From the NCBI RefSeq assembly GCF_009914755.1, contig NC_060942.1: a DNA stretch of 64,000 nucleotides, one strand, 5' to 3'. The notes beneath the pieces were generated by a model. The model was not told the DNA's origin. It worked only from the letters and a program-made list of their open reading frames with translations, and made no database searches. The position numbers and the translations under genes were made by a program. The stretch is from the human T2T-CHM13v2.0 reference genome, Homo sapiens. Below, piece by piece: positions 58,037 to 64,000 of the stretch (position 1 is the first letter of the stretch; each line of letters begins with the position of its first letter).

Positions 58037-58145
58037 ATATAACATTTCTCCACTGCTTAAAATCTAATTTATCCCTGGTTTCCTACTGTAAACAGAATAA
58101 AATCCTAACTTTTTAGTATGATCTAAAAAATCCTTTATGACATAT

Positions 58146-59390
58146 TTAAACAGACACCACCAAAGAAGATATAGGCATGACCAATAGGCATGTGAAAAGA
58201 CACTCAACATCATTAGTCATTCTGAAATGCAAATTAAAACCACAGTGAAATAGCACTACACAGCTATTAGAACGGCTACAATTAAGAAGATTCATTGTAG
58301 CAAGTGTTGGCGAGGATGTTGGGGAAATGTAGGAATGTAAAACTGTATGGTAGGAATGTAAAACAGTATGATTACTGCTGGTAGGAATGTAAAACAGTAT
58401 GATTACTTTGGAAAATAGTTTGGCAATTTCTTATAAAGTTAAAGATATATTTACCATGGGCCCAGCCATTCAACTCCTAGATATTACTTAAAAGTGAAAG
58501 CTTTTGTCCAGAAAAAGACTTGCACACAAATGCTCATGGAAAATTTATTTATAATAATCGGAAGCTGGAAGCAATCTAAATATTCATTAATGTCACATTC
58601 ATTAATAGTGAGTGGATAAACACATTCTTATATATTCATATGATGGAGTAGAGCAATAAAAAGGGATAAACTATGGATACCTGCAACTCTATAGTTATAC
58701 TGAGTGAAAGAAATCAGACAGAAAAGGATGCATACTGTGTGTATTGGTTTGCTAAAACTGTCATAACAAAGTACCATAGACTAGGTAACTTGAACAACAG
58801 AACTTTGCTTTCTCAGAATTCTGGAGGCTAGAAATCGAAGATCAAGGCCTTGACAGTGTTGGTTTCTTCTGAGGCCTCTCTCCTTGGCTTGTAGAGGCTG
58901 TCTTCCCACTGCGTCTTCACACGGTCTTCCCTCTGTGTCCATGTTTTCTCTTCTCGTAAGGATTCCAGCCATGTAGGACTAGGGCCCACCCTAACGACCT
59001 CATTTAACTTAAATATCCCTTTAAAGATCCTGTCTGGAATACAGTCACATTCTGAGATACTGGTCTGAGATACTGGGGGTTAGGACATCAACCTATGAGT
59101 TTTGAAGGAACACAATTCATCCTATAACATGGTGTGATGACATTTAATAAAATTTTAGAAACTGCAACCCAATTTATAGTGACAGAAAGCAGATCAGTGG
59201 TTACCAAGGACAACAAGAGGAGTTAGAAAGAGACAGAGGTCTGGGAGAACTTTTGGGGGTGATGGATATGTTTGCTGCCATGTTTGTGGTGATGGTTTCT
59301 TGGGATTATGCATGTATCAAAAGTTATTGCATTGTACACTTTAAATTTTAATATGCATAGTCTATTGTAAGTTGATTATATGTCAGTCAA
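58146..59390 (+). mobile_element. L1MC/ME-type LINE 3' fragment, interrupted by MLT1B
   Basis: ctcaacatcattagtcattctgaaatgcaaattaaaaccacagtga ...; resumes tatagtgacagaaagcagatcagtggtt after the LTR. Confidence 0.8.
58740..59129 (-). mobile_element. MLT1B-type MaLR solo LTR
   Basis: tgtattggtttgcta ... cataacaaagtacca ... ttctggaggctagaa ... acagtcacattctgag ... cacaattcatcctataaca. Confidence 0.88.
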
Positions 59391-59711
59391 ATGTGTCATT
59401 TGACAGAAATGCTTATTACGATCTTACCTTCACATTCCTCTCTAGTTCTAGATGCAGCTACTCAGTTTTAGGCATCATGTGCCTTCACTATACTGAATTC
59501 TTACAGTTATTTGAAAATTGCAAATTTTCTCATATTGGCCAGTAAGACTCTGCAGATATTTCTTCTACCTGGAAATGTCCTTCTTCCTTCTCTGCTTAGT
59601 GAATAAAACCTGAACATCAGTTTGCAGATAGTACCTATCTCCAGGGTCAGCTAACTGTCCGTTCTTCCTGCTTGGATTGCTTTGTTACAGTACATAGAAT
59701 ATGTCTTTTGG

Positions 59712-60007
<296 letters not shown>

Positions 60008-60107
60008 AGAATATGTCTTTTGGCTGTTTATTTTCTTGTTTGTATCCCATTAGGTTAAAATTTTCTTTTGAGTTTAGGCACTTTTGTCATTTTATGTATG
60101 TATATAA

Positions 60108-60372
60108 TTTTTTTTTTTTTTTTGAGACGGCGTCTCACTCTGTCGCCCAGGCTGGAGTACAGTGCTGTGATCTCAGCTCACTGCAACTTCCATCTCCTGA
60201 GTTCAAGCAATTCTCATGCCTCAGCCTCCCGAGTCGCTGAGATTACAGGCGCCAGCCACCACACGCGGCTAATTTTTGTATTTTTAGTGGAGATGGGGTT
60301 TCTTCATCTTGGCCAAGCTGGTCTCGAACTCCTGACCTCAAGTAATCTGCCCACTTCGGCCTCCCAAAATGT
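60108..60372 (-). mobile_element. Alu SINE (Sx/Sz-like), lacking ~30 nt of its 5' end
   Basis: Poly-T, gagacggcgtctcactctgtcgcccagg ... ends cggcctcccaaaatg. Confidence 0.95.
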
Positions 60373-60382
60373 GCCATAATAT

Positions 60383-60703
60383 ATTTTTAAATAAAACTTT
60401 TGATTTTGGAATAATTTTAGATTTATAGAAAACTTACAAACATCATACAGCGTTTCCATTATACCCTTTACCTAGTTACCCTTATTAGGATGATATTTTA
60501 CATTACTTTGCCAAGACTAAGTAGCCAACACTAGTACATTGCTATTAACTTGACACCAGATTTGGTTTTGATTAATTTATCTTTCCACCCATGTTCTCTT
60601 CTTGTTCTGGGATCCAATACAAGATATCACATTACATTTCATCCTCGTATCTCCTTGGTTTCCTCTGGTCTGTGACAGTTTCTGAGTGTTTTCTTATTTT
60701 TTG
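60383..60703 (-). mobile_element. L1MC-type LINE 3' end
   Basis: ttttggaataattttagatttatagaaaa ... ggatccaatacaagatatcacattacattt ... ctgtgacagtttct. Confidence 0.75.
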
Positions 60704-60764
60704 GTATATTTTTATCCCCAGAGCTACATAATGCCTGGCCCCTAAAAATTTAAAAATATGTATA

Positions 60765-60950
60765 GCAAAGATTCATGCTGCCTACTATGTGTCAATCATA
60801 TTGTTAGTATCTGTCAGAGAACCCACTCATTTAACCCTCATAATAATCTAGAGGTAGTTGCTGTTATTATGACTGCCTTAGCAGATGAAGAAGTTGATGC
60901 TTAAATAACATAAACCATTAGCTAGCTTGGCTCTTAACCACTATTCTGCA
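60765..60950 (-). mobile_element. MIR SINE
   Basis: gcctactatgtgtca ... ctcatttaaccctcataataatct ... cagatgaagaa ... ctcttaaccacta. Confidence 0.7.
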
Positions 60951-61249
60951 ACTAATACATGTTTGTTAGATAAATGGATTAATTAAAAGCTGCCTTTTTC
61001 TATAGGTTGAATTCAAGGAATGATGAAAATGCAGAATGTACACAATACTAGACCTTCTTAAGAAAAGTGGAAGCATTGAATTCTGGGGTGACTTTCTGGA
61101 AAGGACGAGGTTCTGGTCCTGGGTTGGCTGACTGCTCTCTGCCCGGTGCACCCATCCCCGCTACCTACAGTAGCCAGAGTTAGTCAGTGTGCCATCTGCC
61201 CCACCATCAAGGAGAAGGAGCTGTTAGGAAAGACAATGAGTTTACTAAC

Positions 61250-61639
61250 CCATAAATGTGAAGTCCAAGACACAGGTATTTATGATAAGGAAATGGTCTG
61301 CAATGCTGAACTATTTTACAGGGCTCATGGAAATAGCCCAAGTCCTTGAAGACCAGAAACCAGCTGAAACATGACACTGAAAAGCTGAAAGCAAATGCAA
61401 CGTGTGCTTTAAATGAGAAAATAGGCAGGGCAGCTGCAGTGATTTCTCTCTGGATACTTTGCAGATTCCTTAAAATAAAATGCACTGTTCCTTTCGTGGC
61501 ACTTCAGCATGTCCTCGATGAAAGGAGATCTCTGGGAATCTCCCTTCACACTGAGTAAGTGGTAATACCATGTCAATTCTGCAAAGTCAGTTTTTTTTTG
61601 CCATAAATGTGAAGTCCATTTATGATAAGGAAATGGTCT
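61250..61639. repeat. Dispersed duplicated ~39-bp motif block (two copies, 351 bp apart)
   Basis: ccataaatgtgaagtcca[agacacaggta]tttatgataaggaaatggtct at 61250-61299; the same without the bracketed 11 nt at 61601-61639. Confidence 0.85.
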
Positions 61640-62811
61640 TATCCTCTGTTTGTATCATAATTAGGAGGACAATGTTTTGCAGATGGATAGGGCAAGGAAC
61701 CTGTCATGCCAAAAGAGAGCAAAAAAGTCAAAGGATAAAGATAATCTCACCATGAAAAGAAACAGAAATAACTCAGTTGTCTGAGCATTTCCTTGGAAGA
61801 TGCCTATCTGGGTTACATCTCGATACAATGGGATTTCTCCTTGGCCACCTTGCAATGACCCATGTAATGTGGGGAAGCTAAGACAATTTAGAAGAGGACT
61901 CTCAGCCGGCCTCCGCCCCCTACCCTGGTCTTACCGTTCCTCGTGTATTTTTAAATTACCCACAGGCCCAGGAGAATCTTAATTTATTATTGTGTAAATT
62001 AATGGCTATTAGTAATTTTGACAGGTGAGACCATGGCATTAAAAGTTGTTACATAAAGGGGACCATTTAGTACAGATGTCAGGGGACGCCGGGGAAGGTG
62101 CTGATGGCCAGATTCTTGGATTTGCAGAGCTCAGGTGGCACCCTGTGCCAGATCCCCACCTTATTGTGCTGTTAATCATTTTCTGGCGTTCTTCCACTAA
62201 TGGCTTTCTTTAGAAAATGGGAAATGAGTTGGACTCAGAAGCATAAATGACAGCCCAGATTGTCATTGCTTTTCACAGCCCACATAACATTCTATGATTC
62301 TATATATTTCGGGTGCAGAGAATTATCATCATGGTTGAGCTCAGTGCCCAGTTTAGGCATTTAGTTCTTTCACCTTTTTTTTTTTTTCCAAAAAATTGAG
62401 TTCATATTGGTTCGTGAGTAAATGTTTAATTATGCCCTCACATTCTTCTGAAAGTCACAGTTACAATGATAAAATGAAATAATAGATGTGGAAACCCGCT
62501 CATGCAACCTCTCTGTTGTGATGCCTTCTCTTTCTACCATTTGTTGTAGGACATCTGGAAATTAAAAACATCGAAAAGAAGGAAATAAAAATTAGCTATT
62601 GTCCTCTGCCTAAGAAAAAGCACAGAGATATTTTAATGTACATATAATATAGTATTGTATTCTTTGGACAGTGGATAGCTTATCTAGATGATAAATTGCT
62701 TTCTATTTTGATTTAAGTTGTATATATATTTTTCCCCTATTAGAATGAAGCTCTTTGAAAGAAAGATTAGTTTCCTATAACAACTGTTACATTTTATTTA
62801 ATTTATACAAG

Positions 62812-63251
62812 TGGTGGAGATCGCCAGTTACTACTGAATATTCATTTTTTTCCTTTCTCCTCAACAAAGAATACTGTTGGATAACAATGAATCCAGTTAA
62901 AAACAAAAATAAGGAGCCACCTTTTGCAGCTTTCCCTGCATATAGGAACCCATTAAAAAATAAGTAGAAGTCGTTGGGTAGAGCTTCTTTATTTTTACTC
63001 TCTCTTTTTTTTCTCTTCCTGCCTGAGATTTGAATGTATTAGCTGGAGCTCCAGCAGCTACTTTGGAACCATGAGAGAAAGGCTGAGAGAATTGAAAGAT
63101 CTTTGTCCCTGACATCCTGAATCAGTTGCTGAACTAACATCAGCAATTGTTGACTCAGACTTTTAGTTATATGAGAAAAATAAGCCCTTGTCTCTTTAAT
63201 CTACTGTTTTGCAGTCTGTAGCCAGCAACCAAATGCAATTCTGAACTCACA
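62812..63251 (+). mobile_element. LTR33-like (ERVL) solo LTR
   Basis: aatattcattttttcctttctcctc ... gctggagctccagcagctactttggaaccatgag ... atgagaaaaataagccc ... caaccaaatgcaattctgaactcaca. Confidence 0.65.
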
Positions 63252-63649
63252 CCATCATACCACTTTATTTCAAAAAGGATTTGTGGGAACAGCCAACTCC
63301 TATTCATACACCATTGTATTTTTAAAAGCAACTAACACAGTGTGTCTTCCTGGTGGTAGGCATTCTATAAATGTTTGTTGAATGAGCTCTAAGAAGATTA
63401 AATTCAACCCCATCAATAAGATCATCTTCCTCCACTCTCTTACCTACATTATTTCCTTGAACTCAAGTAGTCACTTTTATTTTTTCTTCAAGTAGGAGAT
63501 TTTTATGGTTCAAATCTACAAAGGAATTCATTCTGGGAAACATTCAGCTTGGCTCTTTATTTTAGGATAGTCTTCATTTTGTCGCTTCTGCTGTTTTATT
63601 TCTCATATTTTTATGTTCATGTGCCTATACCATAAAAATAATACATTAC

Positions 63650-63850
63650 AATTGTTCAGCATGTTTAGCTTATCAGAAGCTCATTAACTCTTTTGTTCTC
63701 ATTTTACCCACACTCTGGCAAGTGATCAAAAAATATAATTAGCCCTACTTTGTATAGAAAAACCTGAGACACAGATAGTGTAAGTGACTTAGTTTCTAAA
63801 AATATAGTTGAGATGAGACCCAAAATCTCTTGCCTTTCATTGCTAACTAG
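63650..63850 (-). mobile_element. MIR SINE
   Basis: ccctactttgtatagaaaaacctgagacacagatagtgtaagtgactt. Confidence 0.55.
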
Positions 63851-64000
63851 TCTCTTTTCTTAAAAGATGTCAAAGTGAGCCAACTCTGCTCAGTTTGTAT
63901 GGCTCTCTGGAGCACTGTGTTAAGTAGGATTCTGAAGCTATGTTCAGGCTCCACAGGCGAAAGGGCAGTAATCATTTTAGCAATGCCTGTTGCAGTATGA

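Larger units (their letters stand above)
56400..58145 (+). mobile_element. L2 fragment interrupted by LTR12C
   Basis: agtcaccaagtcttgattctac ... taatctttcta left; ccactgcttaaaatc ... agaataaaatcctaact right. Confidence 0.6.

Noticed and set aside
57418-58067. Overlapping ORFs up to 190 aa and a CpG-island-like segment
   Set aside because: All lie inside the GC-rich U3 of LTR12C; not a gene or a cellular CpG-island promoter

Overview
This is primate, almost certainly human, AT-rich non-coding DNA. It is dominated by interspersed repeats and contains no credible cellular protein-coding exon, so I cannot name the locus from sequence alone. The main elements are: (1) a 4.55 kb 5'-truncated L1PA4/5-type LINE (minus strand) with a broken full-length ORF2, nested in an older L1M; (2) a ~7 kb two-LTR ERV1 provirus with MER57-type LTRs and decayed gag, integrase and env remnants but no visible RT; (3) an L1MB nested in an L1ME; (4) a complete solo LTR12C (ERV9) with a 4-bp TSD. 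There are also about 12 Alus and many MIR, L2, MER and MaLR fragments. Several plus-strand splice-site pairs and a minus-strand bias of L1s suggest an intron of a long plus-strand spliced, probably non-coding, transcript. I found no new biological system. The most interesting observations are two nested L1s whose 5' truncations fall near the homologous position of their host L1, a duplicated CDX/HOX-GATA-ETS module, a C/EBP-RUNX motif cluster on a splice acceptor, an inverted Alu pair, and the LTR12C promoter facing the candidate exons. Repeat family names come from recalled consensus sequences and were not checked with RepeatMasker, and boundaries of old elements are approximate.
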